Assembly (NCBI RefSeq): GCF_009914755.1
Contig: NC_060935.1
Length of the DNA stretch: 64,000 nucleotides
Direction: 5' to 3' (one strand)
Origin: the human T2T-CHM13v2.0 reference genome, Homo sapiens
Shown: positions 31,590 through 49,508 of the stretch, one piece after another
How positions within the stretch are numbered: position 1 is the stretch's first letter
How the letters are laid out: each line of letters starts with the position of its first letter
The notes under the pieces: generated by a model
Database searches by the model: none
The model's input: only the letters and a program-made list of their open reading frames with translations
What the model was told of the DNA's origin: nothing
Made by a program: the position numbers and the translations under genes

Positions 31590-31830
31590 TGATGACAGAC
31601 ACCATGGCATCATGAACCCTTACTGAGGGCTTCCTAAAGGCCAGGCTCTGAGCTCTGTGCTCTATGCAGCTTGTTTCATTTCATCTGCGTAGTCTCCACT
31701 TTATTAGTGCACATTTCAGGATGATTTTACAGACTAGAAAAGGAGCAACGCCTTTTCATAGAACTCGTACTAGATCATGAGGTCAAAAAGGGTGAAGTCC
31801 AATTTGAACCAGTCAGTCTAAGTCCAGACA
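31590..31830. mobile_element. MIR fragment
   Basis: ttactgagggcttcc...ccaggctctgagct...attttacagactagaaa...atttgaaccagtcagtct. Confidence 0.55.
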
Positions 31831-32223
31831 CATGGCATTTGGCCAGTCCTCTCCCTGCAACCAACCTGCCCTCTCAAATCCTCGTCACTCAGGCGGATGC
31901 CCCTGCTCACTATGCCCTTCCCTTTCGGGGTTCCTTGTAGAACACAGCTAGACCAGTGGGTGCCACAATCACTGTGTCAAGTATGGAAAGGACAGCTGAG
32001 ATCACATCGAGGATTCCAGAAAGAATTGGCACAGGATCATTCGGGGCGCATCTCTCCCTTGCCCCTGTTCCTGGCTTTCTGTACAGCTCTTGACTTCCAC
32101 AAAGCAGTCATCAATTCGGAGTTTGGCTTCCATTCCTATTGAGGAAGCTGGAAAGCGTTTCAAAAATGCTCCTCCGATGTGCCTGTGGTTACGACCTCTG
32201 AGCTCTGCTTAAAGCTTTTGGAA

Positions 32224-32623
<400 letters not shown>

Positions 32624-33094
32624 CTACTTCTCTGTATGGCAAAGGGTGAGATATCCATCCTCTGAGACTCACCACTCTCATCTGACTTGATTTCCAGTTG
32701 ATCCGATGGAAGTGAGTGATGATTAAGCTGATCGTGGGTGCCCGCTGCGTGATCTCTAGGTGACGGATGCATAAAGTAAAGGCAAAATGAATTTTAGATA
32801 TATTCCTTAAGATTTTCAGCTTCAACTCCACACAATTCAACGGAAATATCCCCTGACCTGAAGTTCTGCTTTCCCTGCATTCCAGACAGGACATTTTGTT
32901 TTGTCCTTCTCTCAGTAAGGACTGAGTACTGTAAGAGGAACAAGTGAGTCTCTTTGTTTTCTGATTCCCCAGAGCCTATATCGTGCTTGGCACATAGGAG
33001 ACAGCAAACGTCAAATATATGTTAATGATTGAATTGACACTTCCTTGCTTCACCAAAATTGGCTGTCATCAGCGTGACTTTGACTTACTTGATT

Positions 33095-33396
<302 letters not shown>

Positions 33397-34075
33397 AAAC
33401 TTTCTGATGAAAACTCTAAGTCCACCTAAGCTAAGGACAGGAGTTAGAGCTTCCATGAATTTTAAAACAAGACCCACCGATTTGAGTAAGCAATTACTCT
33501 CTCGAAGGAGAAAAGTCCGAAAACACAATGATGAAATCACTAGGACCTAACTGGCATGTGGAACTATTTTCTGCTTATGAACTATCAACTTCCATTTCAT
33601 TTCCAGATGGCATGGTCTCAGCTGTTATACAGTGTTTACAAATGTTCTAAATCAAGGGAATTTGTATCAATCTCGTAGAATAAATAAAATATTTGAGTTC
33701 TTAATTTCCTTTAATTAGGATAACCTTTTTCTTAAAGTGAAGACAATGCTTTTATTACATCTTTTCCTTCGGAAAAGATAGGCTGTATTTTCTAGCAATT
33801 ACGAATTTGTTATATATGACGATCTGGTTCTTGGAACGTTCTTGAAGCTAGTGTCTCTAAGGCAGGTGTGTACAGCAAGACGTGAATAACACAGCAATCG
33901 ATGATGAAAGCATTATAAGACAATTGAGTTTGTCAGAACTACAAAATATTGCTGAGTGTGGATTGCTCTGAAATCTGAAAACATTACTTGTGAATTGCTT
34001 CTATCCAAAATGCAGACACAATGCTGGGTATTGGTTTACTTGTTTCCGATTTTTCAACCCTCTTTTCCAGGCAAA

Positions 34076-35027
34076 AGAGGGTTGTATCCAAACGATACAG
34101 ACCCACAGAGTCTAACAGATGTCTCTATATTCCTTCTCCTCGAACTCTCAGAGGATCCAGAACTGCAGCCGGTCGTCGCTGGGCTGTTCCTGTCCATGTG
34201 CCTGGTCACGGTGCTGGAGAACCTGCTCATCATCCTGGCCGTCAGCCCTGACTCCCACCTCCACACCCCATGTACTTCTTCCTCTCCAACCTGTCCTTGC
34301 CTGACATCGGTTTCACCTCCACACGGTCCCCAAGATGATTGTGGACATCCAGTCTCACAGCAGAGTCATCTCCTATGCAGGCTGCCTGACTCAGATGTCT
34401 CTCTTTGCCATTTTTGGAGGCAGGGAAGAGAGACATGCTCCTGAGTGTGATGGCCTACGACCAGTTTGTAGCCATCTGTCACCCTCCATATCGTTCAGCC
34501 ATCTTGAACCCGTGTTTCTGTGGCTTCCTAGATTTGTTGTCCTTGTTTTTTTTTTCTTTTTTTTTTTTCCCTCAGTCTTTTAGACTCTCAGCTGCACAAC
34601 TTGATTGCCTTACAAATGACCTGCTTCAAGGATGTGGAAATTCCTAATTTCTTCTGGGAACCTTCTGTGACACCTTCACCAGGAACATCAACATGTATTT
34701 CCCTGCTGCCGTATTTGGTTTTCTTCCCATCTCGGGGACCCTTTTCTCTTACTGTAAAATTGTTTCCTCCATTCTGAGGGTTTCATCATCAGGTGGGAAG
34801 TATAAACCTTCACCACCTGTGGGTCTCACCTGTCAGTTGTTTGCTGATTTTATGGAACAGGCGTTGGAGGGTACCTCGGTTCAGATGTGTCATCTTCCCC
34901 GAGAAAGCGTGCAGTGGCCTCAGTGATGTACACGGTGGTCACCCCCATGCTGAACCCCTTCATCTACAGCCTGAGAAACAGGGATATGAAAAGTGTCCTG
35001 CGGCGGCCGCACAGCAGCGCAGTCTAA
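34076..35027 (+). pseudogene. OR7E126P: Olfactory receptor family 7E pseudogene (probably OR7E126P)
   Basis: [52 protein letters not shown] spread over several frames. Poly-T tract at 34545-34568. Same TM6 stop (VVC*FYGT) as the first OR7E. The symbol is from positional recall. Confidence 0.85.
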
Positions 35028-35094
35028 TCTCAATATCTTCTTATCTGTTCCATTCCTTTTGTAGGATGGGTTAAAAAAGGCAGCAAGGTCAAAT

Positions 35095-38000
35095 AAGAAT
35101 GATATCACAGGGTGAACACCCATTGTGTCATTACGAGTAATACCTTCCTAGGATACAGAATATACTGTCACAGAGTACACACACATGGGGTACACCCACT
35201 GTGATATTAGAAGCAATATCTCCCTAAAGTATGATGAAAAATATCACAGGGTGTGCATACTGTGTGATATGAGGAGTCATATTTTCCCTGGATATCACGA
35301 CTCATATCAAGGGTGTACACACACCGGGTACACACACTGTGATATCAGGAGTTGCATCTCCCTAGGATATTATGAATAATATCACAGGGTATACACTATG
35401 TGTGAACATCCACTGTGACATTTGAAGTCATATCTCTCTATGAGATGACAAATAATATCAAAGTGTGTACACCCCTGTGACATATTAGGAGTAACATCCT
35501 TCTAGGGTATTGCAGATAACATCACAAGGTGCACAGCTTCTGTGACCTTTTGCGCACACTTTGTGCCATTCAAGGAAACATCTCCCTAGGATATTAAGAA
35601 TAATGACACAGGCGGTTGACACACATGGTGTACATCTCCTGCGCCATCAGGAGTAATATTCCCCTAGGATATTACGAATAATATCACAGCAGGTGTACAT
35701 ATATGGTGTTCACCCCATGTGACATTAGGAGGAACATGCCCCTAGGATGTTAAGAATAGTATCACAGGTGTTGAATACACATGATATACACCCTGGTGCC
35801 ATTGAAAGTAACATACCCCTAGGACATTACGAATAATATCACAGGGAGTACACCCCGTGTGACATTAGGAGTAACATCCCCCAAGGATATAACGAATAAT
35901 ATCAGGGGGTGCACATACATTGTGACCTTAGTGGTAACATCTCTTTAGGATATTACCAATAATATCACAGGTTGTCCACTGACCGTGATATTAGGAGTCC
36001 CATTTTCCTAGGATATTATGGATAATATCACAGGAGGTGTTCACACACAATGTGTACACCATGTGTGTACACTCAACGTGATATTTGAAGTCATATGTCC
36101 CTAGGATCTTACGAATATTATCAAAGGGTGTACACCCCATGTGACATTAAAAGTAACATCCCTTTTGGATATTCCGAATGCTATCACAGGGTGTGATATT
36201 AGGAGTGTGATATTAGGAGTAAGCTCTTCCTAGGATAACCCATGTGATATTAGGAGTAACCCCTTCCTAGGATATTACGAATAACATCACAGGGTGTACA
36301 CCCCTGTGACTTTAAAAGTAACACCCCCCCTAGAATATTACAATAATATAACAGGGTGTACAACCCCTGTGACATTACGGTAACATCTCCCTAGGATATT
36401 TCGAATGATGTCACTGGGGGCACACCCTCTGTGATATTAGCAGCAACATCTTTCTAGGAGATTACGAATGATATCACAAGGTGTACACTCACTCTGATAT
36501 TGGAAGGAATATCTCCCTAGGATATAAGCTATCACATCACAGAGTGTACACACATGGTGTACACCCACTGTGTTATTAGAAGCAATATCTCCCTATGATA
36601 TTATGAAAAATATCACAGGGTGTACCCTCTGTGGGATATTAGAAGTAATGTTTACCATGGATATTACAAATAATATCACAGGATGTACACACATGGGGTA
36701 CACCAACTGTGATATTAGGAGTTATATCTCCCTAAGATATTACAAATATTATCCCAGTGGGTGTAGCCCATGTATGTACACCCACTGTGATCATTAAAGT
36801 AATATCTCTCTATCAGATTGCAAATAATACCGAAGGCTGTACACCACCTGTGACATTAGGAGTAGCATCCCCCTACAATATTGGGAGCAATATCACACGG
36901 TGTACACCCCTGTAACATTAGGGGTAACATCCCCCCACAATATTACTAATAATATCACAAGGTGTACACGCATTGTGACATTAGTAGTAGTACCCAGCTA
37001 GCATATTTTCAATAATATCACAGAAGGAACACACCTGTGACATTAAGAGTGACATCCCCCTGGAGGAGTAAGAATATTATCACAGGGTGTACACCCCCTG
37101 TGATATTAGGAGAATCATCTCATCAGAATATTACGAATAATGTCACAGGGTGTTATCTTCTGTGACATTAGGAGTATAGACCCCTGGGAAATTATGAATA
37201 CTATCACAGGGTGTACACCCCTGTGACATTAGGAGTAGCATCCTTCTAGAATATCATGAATAATATCACAATGCCTACACCCCCTGCGTCATTAAGAGTA
37301 CAATTGCACTAGGATATTATGAAAGAGAACACAGGGAGAACACGCTGTGTGACATTAGAAGTCACATCCCCCGAGGATATAAGGAATAATATCAGAGAAT
37401 GTACATGCATTGGGACATCGGTAGTCACATCTCTTTAGGATAATAAGAACAATATCAAAGGGTGTACACGCATTGTGAAATTAGTAGTGAACTCCCGCTG
37501 GGATATTACGAATTTTATGACAGGGTCTACATGCCCTGTGACCTTAGTAGTCACGTTTTCCTAGAATATGACGAAGAATATTAAAAGGTGTACAGGACCT
37601 GTGATTTACGAGTAACATTTCTATAGAAGATTACACGTAATATCACTGTGTGTACACCCCGTGTGACGTTAGGAGTCACATCCCAAAAAACTATAACGAA
37701 AAATTTCACAAGGTGTGCAACATCTGTGGCATTAAAAGAAACATTTCCCTAGAATATGATGATAATATCACAGAGTGTACACCCTCGGTGATATGAGGAG
37801 TGATATCTTATAAGGGTAATAAGAGTAATTTGACAAGGTGTACAAACCCTGTGACATAAGGAGTGACATCCCTCCAGGATATTCCGAATCATACCAAAGG
37901 GAAACTACTCCGTGTGACAAAAAAATCAACCTCCCCTTAGGAGATTAAGAATAATGGCACAAGCTGTACACACATTGTGACATTATTATTAACGTCCCGC

Positions 38001-39035
38001 TAGGGTATTGCGAATAATATCAGAGTGTGTAGACACTTGTGACATCAGGATTCACGTTTCACCACATTATCACGAATAATATCACAGGGTGTATACCCCC
38101 GGGACTCAAACAGTGACACATTCCTAGAATATGGAAAATAATGTCCCAGGGTGTTAACCAAGTGTAGCAGTAGAGAAAACATAATACGAGAAACGGAGTA
38201 ATATCACCCCCTCTCCCCCACTGGATATTACGAGCCCCATCGCAGGGGGGTGAGGCGCCCCCCGCGATGCGGGGAGTAAGAGCCAGCCCCTCTTGCCCCC
38301 CTGGCTCTTAGGACCCCCATCGCAGGGGGGCGAGGAGCCCCCCACGATGCGGGGAGTAAGAGCCAGCCCCTCTTGCCCCCCCGGCTCTTAGGATCCGCGG
38401 TGGACTCACAGCCTGTTTAACATATTGTGAGTAATATCACCTCCCCCTCTGGAGATTTTGAACTGTTTCACAGACCGCTGTACACCCGTCTGTATTGGGA
38501 GTAATATCATCCTCTTCCTCTCTGAATATTAGGAACAGTATCACAGGGGTATTTCTACTCCCTGGGATACCAGGTGTCAGGTCGTCCTCTCCCACGTTGC
38601 AACTAGAAACTATATCAGTTGGGGACGTGTCCACTTTCTGTGATATTGAAAGCAATATTATCCTCTTCCCTCCAGGATCATGGGAACGATATCCTTGGGG
38701 GTGTCCACTTTCTGCCATATATGTAGTCATATCACCCCCTCCGCCTTGGAATATTTTTAAGGACCATCTCACACGGGGGTGTACACTTCCTGTGATGTTG
38801 GGAGTAATAGCATTCTCTTCTTCTGTGAATATTAGGAGCAAAATCACGGGTGGATGCACACTCAGTGCTATATTGTGAGTAACGTCATACTCCAACCACT
38901 GGAGATTTTATTCGGATCAATGTCACTGGCTGGTTGTACACCTACTGCGATATAGAATGTAATATCATGCTCTCTCCCTCCCTGGACATTACGAGCAATA
39001 TAACAGGTGGGTATACACCCACTGAGGTATTAGGG
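35095..39035. repeat. SATR2 array grading into SATR1 (GC-rich variant units at 38240-38395)
   Basis: Units gacattaggagtaacatcccctaggatattacgaataatatcacagggtgtacacccc. 38240-39035 is paralogous to ~15770-16575. Confidence 0.9.
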
Positions 39036-39370
39036 CGTAATATTAGTATGAATTATTCCTCATTTATTATTAACATGAATATGAATGACCGATATTAATA
39101 TTAATATTAAGAAATAATTGCTAATAAAAAGTTTTCAGATTATTAATATTAATAATTATTAGGAGCTAATATGACTGTTTTCTAATGAATAAGATCAATA
39201 TCAGTTATTAATATCAGGCATCATTAATCATTAATATAATCATGTATTGTTATCTTTAGTATAAGTATTTAATATTAATTATTATTATCGGTATTGATTT
39301 TAAAAATTATATTATGGGTTATTAAAATTGATAATTATTAGCGCCAATTAATAATTGAGATTATTAATTG
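39035..39370. repeat. AT-rich low-complexity segment (copy 2)
   Basis: Paralog of 16575-16912. Confidence 0.85.
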
Positions 39371-42300
39371 CAGTAAGTCGCATTGCGCCATTCCACTCCT
39401 CCCTCAACAGCTCGTTTACAACCCAAAACGGGGACACAAATGCCCCTGAGAGAGCAGCGATATACTGGGTTAGATGAGGATGGTCACGTGCTGGAGAGGC
39501 GTGTTTTTGGGTACCAGCCCTTCACCTGTGTCGACCTTCTCAACTGGGAAAACAATACAACGCCCCATACCGAAAAGCCACAAGCCCTAATTGATTTGCT
39601 CCAAGCTGTTATCCAGACCCACAACCCCACCTGTGCTGATTGGCACCAGTTGCTCATGTTGCTCTTTAACAGCGAAGAAAGGCGGAGAGTCCTCAAGCAG
39701 CAACTAAGTGGCTAGAGGAACATGCACCAGCTGATTATCAAAACGCCCAAGAGTATGGAAGGGCCCAGTTGCCAGGAACCGACCCTCAGTTGGACCCACA
39801 TGAAAGAGGGGATATGCAAAGGCTAAAGCGAGACAGAGAAGCTCTCCTGGAAGGATTAATGAGGGGAGCTCAGAAGGCCACAAACGTTAACAAGCTCTCT
39901 GAGGTCATTCAGGGTAAAGAAGAAAGTCCAGCACAATTCTACCAGAGACTGTGTGAGGTCTATCGTATGTATACTCCCTGTGATCCCGATAGCCCTGAAA
40001 ATCAGCACATGATTCACATGGCTTTAGTCCGTCAAAGCCCAGAAGACATGAGAAGAAAACTGCAGAAACAGGCTGGGCTTGCAGGGATGAATCCATCCCA
40101 ATTACTAGAAATAGCTAGCCAGGTGTTTGTAAACAGGGATGCAGTAAGCCGTAAGGAAAACGGCAAAGAGAATGGAGGTCAGGCCCGGCGATATGCCGAC
40201 CTGTTTGTCAGCTGCAGCAATCAGAGGGGCCCCCACAAAGAGGCAAGGGAAGGGAGGCCCTGGGAAAGAAACTCAGCTTGGCTGTCAGAGTTTGCAGCGT
40301 AACCAGTGTGCTGATTGTAAAGAAATAGGACAGTGGAAGAACAAATGCCCTCAGCTCAAAAGAAAACAAGGTGACTCAGAGCAGGAGGCCCTGGACAAGG
40401 AGGAAGGGGCCCTGCTCAACCTGGCAGAAGGGTTCTTGGACTGAGGGAGACCCGGCTCAAGCGTTCCCAAAGAGCCTCTGGTCAGAATGATAGTCAGGGG
40501 TGGAGATATTGACTTTCTTGTAGATAGCGGTGCTGAACATTCACTAGTAACCGCCCTTGTTGCCCCCTTATCCAAAAAGAATATTGACGTCATCGGAGCC
40601 ACGGGGGTTTCAGCAAAGCAAGCTTTCTGCTTGTCTCAGACTTGTACTGTAGGAGGACATAAAGTCATTCATCAGTTTTGGTACATGCCTGACTGTCCCT
40701 TGATCTTTTTAGGAAGGGACTTGCTCAGCAAGCTGAGAGCCACTATCTCTTTGACAGAGCATGGCTCTTTGCTGGTAAAGTGACCCGGAATGGGAGTCAT
40801 TATGACCCTTATGGTTCTCCGAGAGGAGGAATGGAGACTTTTCTTAACTGAGCCGGGCCAAGAGAGAAGACCAGCTCTGGCTAAGCGGTGGCCAAGAGTA
40901 CGGGCAGAAGACAACTCTCCGGGATTGGCCAGTGAAGACGGGCCCAGCCGGTGAGGCAAAAACAGGACCCGGTCCCCAGAGAAGCCCTTCAAGGTATCCA
41001 GGTCCGTCTCAAGCACCTAAGAACTTTTGGAATTATTGTTCCTTGTCAGTCTCCATGGAACACTCCCCTCCTGCCTGTTCCCAAGCCACGGACCAAGGAC
41101 TACCAGCCGGTTCAGGATTTGCGCTTGCTTCATCAAGCTAAACTGACTTTACATCCAACAGTAAATAACCCATCCACATTGTTGGGGTTGCTGCCAGCTG
41201 AGGACAGCTGGTTCACCTGCTTGGACCTGAAAGACGTTTTCTTTCCTATCAGATTAGCCCCTGAGAGGCAGAAGCTGTTTGCCTTTCAGTGGGAAGATCC
41301 GGAGTCAGGTGTCACTACTCAGTACACTTGGACCGGGTTTCCCCAAGGGTTCAAGAACTCCCCCACCATCTTCGGGGAGGCGTGGGCTCGAGACCTCCAG
41401 AAGTTTCCCAGGAGAGACCTAGGCTGCGTGTTGCTCCAGTAGGTTGAGGACCTTCTGCTGGGACACCCCACGGCATTCGGGTGTGCCAAGGGAACAGATG
41501 CCCTACACCGGCACCTGGAGGACTGTGGGTAGAAGGTGTCCAAGAAGAAAGCTCAGATCTGCCGACAGCAGGTACGTTACCTGGGATTTACTATCCAACA
41601 GGGGTCGGAACACAGCCCGGGGTCAGAACGAAAGCAGGTCATTTGCCATCTAGGGGAGCCTAAGAGCAGAATGCAGGGGAGAATTCTTAGGAGCTGTGGG
41701 GTTTTGTAGACTGTGGATCCCAAACTTTGCAGTATTAGCCAAGCCTTTCTATGAGGTCACCAAGGGGACAGGGACCGGGAACCTTTGGAATGCGGATCCC
41801 AACAACAGCAAGGCTTTCATGAGTTAAAGGAAAAACTTCTGGCATCCCCAGCCCTGGGGCTACCTGATCTGACAAAGCCTATTCCATCGTATGTAACAGA
41901 GAGAGAAAAGATGGCAGCTGGACTTTGAACCCAAACTGTGGGGCCCAGGCCGAGGCCAGTGGCCTACATCTCTCAACAACTGGACGGGGTTTCTAAAGGA
42001 TGGCCCCCCTGTTGGAGGGCCTTGGCAGCAACTGCCCTGCAAGTACAAGAAGCAAATAAGTTGACTGTTGGGCAAAACCTGAACATAAAGGCCTCCCGTG
42101 CTGTGGTGACTTTAATGAATACTAAAGGACATCATTGGCTAACGAATGCCAGACTCACCAAGTACCAGACTTTGCTCTGTGAAAATCCCCGTATAACCAT
42201 TGAAGTTTGTAACAGCCTACACCCCGCCACCTTGCTCCTGGTATCAGAGCCCTGTCGAGCCTGATTGTGTAGAAGTGTTGGACTCAATTCACTCTAGCAG

Positions 42301-43226
42301 ACCTGACCTCCGGGACCAGCCTTGGCCATCAGGAGACTGGGAACTATATGTGGATGGGAGCAGCTTCTTCAACCCCCAAGGAGAGAGAGGTGCAGGGTAT
42401 GCAGTGATAACCCTGGACACTGTTGTTGAAGCCACATCGTTGCCCCAGGCCACTTCAGGCCAGAAAGCTGAACTCATTGCTTTCATTGGGGCCTTAGAAC
42501 TCAGTGAGGGTGAGACTGTCAACATTTACACTGATTCTCGGTATGTCTTTTTAACCCTTCAAGTGCATGGAGCGTGATAGAAAGAAAAGGGCCTATTGAA
42601 CTCTGGGGGAAAAGGCACAAAATATCAACAGGAAATCTTGCAATGATTAGAAACAGTATGGAAACCCCACAAGGTGGCAGTTATGCATTGCAGGGGACAC
42701 CAGCGAGCTTCCATCTTGCTGGGTTTGGGGAATTCCCGCGCTGACTCAGAGGCTCCAAAAGCAGCATCTGCCCCCTTCTGGGCATCAGTGCTCCCTCAAG
42801 CACCTGATCTTGGACCTACTTCTTCTAAAGAAGAAAAGGACTTTCTGCAGGTAGAGGGAAGGACAATTGATGGAGGAAGGATGGATTCGGTTAGCAGATG
42901 GGAGAGTAACTGTGCCACAGCTGCTAGGAACTGCAGTTGTACTGGCTGTGCAAGAAACCACCCATCGAGGTCAGGAGTCACTGGAAAAGTTGTTAGGCTG
43001 GTATTTCTACATCTCACCTTTGTCAGCCCTTGCCAAAACGGTGAGGCAGCGGTGTGTTACCTGCCGCCAGCATGATGCGAGGCAAGGTCCAGCCGTTCCG
43101 CCCGGCATACGAGCTTATGGAGCAGCCCCCTTTGAAGGTCTCCAAGTGGACTTCACAGAGATGCCAAAGTGTGGAGGTAAAAAGTATGTACTAGTTCTTG
43201 GGCGTACCTACTCTGGGTGGGTGGAG
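39370..43226 (+). mobile_element. LTR-less HERV-E-like gag-pro-pol segment (copy 2, defective, truncated within integrase)
   Basis: Same motifs as copy 1 (ORFs 39769, 40172, 40487, 40951, 42200, 42867). Ends after TYSGWVE. Confidence 0.9.
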
Positions 43227-43229
43227 ATC

Positions 43230-44300
43230 TGGGTCTTCCTCCCCAAACGTGGATGTTAGCAACGAGATCACAGAAGGGGTGTAGACACCCTGAGACATTG
43301 GAAGTAATATGATCCTCTCCCCACCTGGATACTGGGAAAGATACCACAGCGCGGGTATACGTTTCCTACGTTGTTGCGAGTAATATCATTCTTTTCCTTT
43401 CTGGATATTAGGGAGAATATCACAGGGGTGCTGTGCAATTACTTTGACATTGGGAGTAACATCATCCTCTATTTTCCTGGATATTGGGCACAAAAACACA
43501 AAAGGGTGAACAACCCCTGCGATATTTGGAGTAATATTATCCTCTCCCCTCACGATTATTAAGAACAATATCGTAGGGGTGGGGGATGAACACCCCCTTT
43601 CATGTTTGATATCATCCTCTTTCCCCCTGGATATTAGGAACAATATCAGGAAGGGATGTACAGACCCTGCGACCTTTGCTGTCATATAATTGTCTCTCCC
43701 CTAGATATTAGGAAAAAATGTCACTGGGGATGTGAACAGCCCTGCGATATTGAGAGTAGTATCATCCTCTCCCCCTTGCATATTGGGAACAACATCACAA
43801 GTGGGGTGTACTCCCCCTTGCATATTGGGAACAACATCACAAGTGGGGTGTACTGCCTCTGTGATATTGGGAGTGAAATTTTCCTCTCTTCCCCTGCACA
43901 TTAGGAAGGGTATCAGAGGGGTTGGTGTACATTCCCTGCGATATTCAACGTAACCTTATCCTCTCTCTCCCAGGGTATTCAGAACAATATTATAGGAGGG
44001 GTGTACACCCTCTGCGATATTGAGAGTCATATCATCCTCTTTCGCTCTGGATATTAGGAACAATATCACAGGGTTTTGTACCCCACCTGCGATATTGGGA
44101 GTCATATCATCCTCTCTCCCTGTGGATATTAGGAAGAGTATCACAGGGGTGTGGAAACCCCCTGCGGTCCTGGGAGTAATATCAGCCTCTCTCCCTCTGA
44201 AAATAGGAAGATTTTCACAGGGGTGTGTTAACCCCCTGCGATATTGGGAGTAAGATCATCCTCTCCACCCAGGAAAAGACTAACAAGGTCACGGGGGGTG
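43230..44300. repeat. SATR1 satellite block
   Basis: Paralogous to 22370-22655 followed by 21585-22335. Confidence 0.9.
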
Positions 44301-46497
<2,197 letters not shown>

Positions 46498-46857
46498 TAT
46501 ACATGTGTTGTACAGGGAGAAAAGCAGGGGAACAAATGAAACTGTAGAGCACACATGTAAAGATATAACTTTGTAAGGGAATAATGACAGAAACTACACG
46601 GGAGCTTTGGGACTTAACAGTGAGTGCTCAAAGGAAAAGTCTGATAAAAGCTACAGTCACCCAATAACTTAGAAATAAAGTATGAATTTAAGTTTGGATC
46701 CAAGAATAATTTATGGCTAAAGAGCAAATAGTCCAAAAGCTTTGTGTATACTGTATCCAAGGCTCACTCACTTGCATATTCCACGTGTGAGACAGGGAAG
46801 GAGAGGAGTTCACGCCTACCTGTAAGAAAGGGTATCAAGCCCGTTGATACTTGTATT

Positions 46858-46889
46858 TGTGTGTGTGTGTGTGTACGTGTGTGTGTGTC
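46858..46889. repeat. Interrupted (TG)n microsatellite
   Basis: tgtgtgtgtgtgtgtgtacgtgtgtgtgtgt. Confidence 0.9.
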
Positions 46890-46975
46890 TATGTCTCAAA
46901 CAAGCATCAGTTTCTTAAACAGAAACCTGAAAAGGAAGGGAAAACATTAAATCCTCACTCCATCATCATACATAC

Positions 46976-47154
46976 CTTGTTCAGCACAGAGCTCAGAAGG
47001 GCTGAGGGACCCACCACAGAGTCATCTAAGGAGTCCAGAGAAGAACACACCCGTAGAAAGGCCAGGCCAAAGGACTGATGACGCGTGAAGGGTCGGGAGC
47101 AGGTCAGGCGAAGTCGATCCCATAACTCTCCTGAGGCTGGAGCCAGGAAATCAA
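46976..47154 (-). CDS. XNDC1N: XNDC1N coding exon 4 (end of the XRCC1 N-terminal-like domain)
   Basis: Acceptor tttccttgag|tt and donor aag|gtatgt. 179 nt encoding (V)DFLAPASGELWDRLRLTCSRPFTRHQSFGLAFLRVCSSLDSLDDSVVGPSALLSSVLNK. Confidence 0.92.
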
Positions 47155-47903
47155 CTCAAGGAAAAAAGAGAAACAAAATCAGGGGGGAATGGAAATGCAT
47201 AAATGGGAGAGACAGAGGAAGAAAAGGTCAATACTAAGGAAAAGAGCTATAGAGAGTAACCTCCAACAAAAGAAGGAGGTCTTCAGTAAATGTCCCCTTA
47301 GGCTTGGGTGTTCAGGGTATGGTAATGCCAAGCAGGCCAGTCAGGGCCTTCTCATATTCAGTCTCTTGCCTTCTCATCACTCCTCTGTCACAGTTCCACA
47401 CTATTCTCAGCATGAATTCTATACCTCTCCAGGGACCTCATCAATATCTCATTTTAAGAAGAAGTTACCTGCAGAGTAAGGACCCAGTGGATTACCTGAG
47501 ATATATATTGGCCCTTCCTGGATCATAAGACCTCAACCTCCCTCACACCACCACGTGCTCTACATGCTCACGGTATCACATTCCGATATCACCAACCCTC
47601 CACATCTTTAGTTCCTAACACTGTCCAGTCAGTACCTCACTTTCTCCAAATCATATGCCCCTCCAATGTCACTCTTCCTTTACAACATTACAAATACTTC
47701 CAACTTAAAACAGACAAATCCTTATGAGACTGTACATCCCTAGAGGCTAGGAATCAGATCTTATGTTTTTCTGTAGTGCCTAGTGAACAGAGATTTGTAT
47801 AAATTCAGTAAACATTATATGCTACACAACTATAACCACTATGTAGCCTTCCATCACTTACATAAACATCTATCCTACATCCACACTTATACCCACAAAA
47901 ACA

Positions 47904-48234
<331 letters not shown>

Positions 48235-48522
48235 TAAGTGTGTGTGTTCTATATATTGGGCCCTACCGAACCACAAGTTATATATAAATATAAATAGTTC
48301 ATAAATCTCCATCTCCCCAGCTAGCATGCATCCTCACCACACAAATCTCACACACAAGCACACCATTCCTTAACCACCCTTTGCCCCCAACAGATATAAT
48401 TAAACCCCTGCACAGGCTCCCTCCCACAGTCTACACCTAATAGCACTCACAGTCCTCTTTAGTACTGCATCTCTGTTTCTCATAAAGACCACCCCCATCT
48501 TTTCTGCTTTTGCCCTCTTTAC

Positions 48523-48678
48523 CATCTTTAAACATGCGGACCCCGGAGCGGTTCTTCCCCTGCTTTGAATCAGTTAGAGACATTAGCGTGGTTGCAGGGA
48601 GCAGGGTTATGAAAGGTCTGTCCAGGGGCCAGGAAGAATGGCCCACATCAATTTGCAGGAACGCACAGCCACAGTTAC
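48523..48678 (-). CDS. XNDC1N: XNDC1N coding exon 3
   Basis: Acceptor tgtccccag|gt and donor gatg|gtaaag. 156 nt, phase 1-1, encoding (G)NCGCAFLQIDVGHSSWPLDRPFITLLPATTLMSLTDSKQGKNRSGVRMFKD. Confidence 0.92.
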
Positions 48679-49185
48679 CTGGGGACAAAAGGTTGAGAGA
48701 AGGATAAGAGGAATGAGATGACTGAAGACAAAGGAATACGGTGGAAGGAGGACACTCCTCTACTTTACAGCTAGCTGAAAGCCAGAAAGGTTCAGCGATA
48801 TGTGGAGTCCCACAGGGAGCCAGTAACTGGAGTGGAATGAGACTCCAGTCCACCAAATACCAATGTCACACGTTCACCATGTTCCTCCCAGCCAGAAACC
48901 TTCCCCTGATTAAAGAGACTTGTTGCTTCTCTGTCCTCTGGCCCCGGTGGAAAGCGCTAAATTCTGTCTCTCTTAATTCCTTGCTAGGGTGCCTGACATC
49001 TCTCTGTCCCGACAAAACTGAGACCAGTGGACTGGACAGTTCTAAATTCCAGAGAATTCTAAGGTCAATCTTCTCAATCCATAAACTCCTATTCAGCCTT
49101 CTTGGATTATCCTCGCACAGTTCATCTCTCCAGCATCCTCCTGACACAGATATTTACAGGTGTATGCAGGTTCTATTTGTTGGGA

Positions 49186-49508
<323 letters not shown>

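Noticed and set aside
33956-34444. 162-aa ORF as a functional receptor
   Set aside because: It frameshifts out of the OR frame after SHLHTP and is part of the pseudogene.
48437-48856. 139-aa minus-strand ORF as a separate gene
   Set aside because: It is XNDC1N exon 3 plus flanking intron. Similarity is limited to 48523-48678.
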